From Clostridia bacterium (GTDB lineage Bacteria > Bacillota > Clostridia > Christensenellales > UBA1242), in the NCBI GenBank assembly GCA_028708805.1, contig JAQVYC010000003.1:1-56369 (forward strand): 56,369 nucleotides of DNA. Reading direction: 5' to 3'. Position 1 is the stretch's first letter. Every line of letters begins with the position of its first letter. Under the pieces are notes generated by a model. That model saw only the letters and a list, made by a program, of their open reading frames with translations, ran no database searches and was not told the origin of the DNA. The position numbers and the translations under genes were made by a program. Below are positions 56,001 through 56,369 of the stretch, piece after piece.

Positions 56001-56369
56001 TTTCTTATTTTTCCTTTTTAAAAGATTGTTGAATTTGTTTTTTTAAGATAATTATTAATATTTTGTAAATCGGTTTTGGTTTTTCAAAAATTTATGTTGT
56101 TTTTTTCTTATTTCAGCCAATTTTAGAATTAAAAAGCATTAAATTCGTTTTCACTTTATATTTTAGTGTGCGAGGTAAGAATAAGATAAATAAAGACGAT
56201 TACTTTTAGGTTAAAATTTGTCAAATTTATTCGGTTTTTAAGCTAATATAAGCTAATATAAACAAATATAAATTTATTTTTTTGTTTTTATTAGAATAAA
56301 TATCATAAATAATCAAAATAAGAACTTTATAACTCTAAAAATTCATTTTTAGCATTCGGCTGAGATTGT

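Noticed and set aside
1-56369. Mollicutes-type genetic code (TGA = Trp), given the extreme AT-richness.
   Set aside because: Long conserved genes (rpoB, rpoC, valS, dnaA) are intact under the standard code. hisS ends at a TGA at the expected C-terminus, and Trp positions I checked are TGG.

Overview
This is an AT-rich (roughly 30% G+C by eye) bacterial chromosomal window. It uses the standard genetic code: TGA ends conserved full-length genes such as hisS. Gene content is Bacillota-type: SigH, mini-RNase III-RlmB-SigH synteny, HelD, YugP and YolD. The window covers the replication-origin neighbourhood in an unusual arrangement: recF(-) | dnaA - ~800-bp DnaA-box/AT-rich spacer - dnaN - rpmH - rnpA - yidD - yidC - jag (all +). 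The left third is almost entirely minus-strand: cdd, rpoC, rpoB, orphan genes, rsmH, a 1057-aa membrane-anchored protein, helD, a lipoprotein, a TPR-like protein and a HIT protein. The middle holds two YugP-type metallopeptidase paralogs, tilS, hisS, a mini-RNase III with a long Q/K-rich extension, rlmB, sigH and envelope-type orphans. The right third looks accessory. It carries yhhQ, four orphan genes including a tandem paralog pair, tRNA-Ser(CGA), and a fused DUF1538 membrane protein with a tandem PII-like protein. It continues with a 17-residue-repeat solenoid protein, a Y-family polymerase with a YolD-like partner, tRNA-Arg(CCU) and valS. I found no rRNA, CRISPR array, IS element, integrase or recognisable defence genes. 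The most interesting unexplained signals are these. (1) A ~50-nt intergenic hairpin repeat family that I cannot assign to any named element, with seven copies, three of them tandem behind helD. (2) A second cluster of perfect DnaA-box doublets 10 kb from dnaA that shares sequence with the dnaA-dnaN spacer. (3) The DUF1538/PII-like module, apparently expressed from a leaderless mRNA. (4) A possible beta-solenoid repeat protein. (5) An orphan paralog islet next to tRNA-Ser. All functional calls come from motif recognition by eye; no database search was run.
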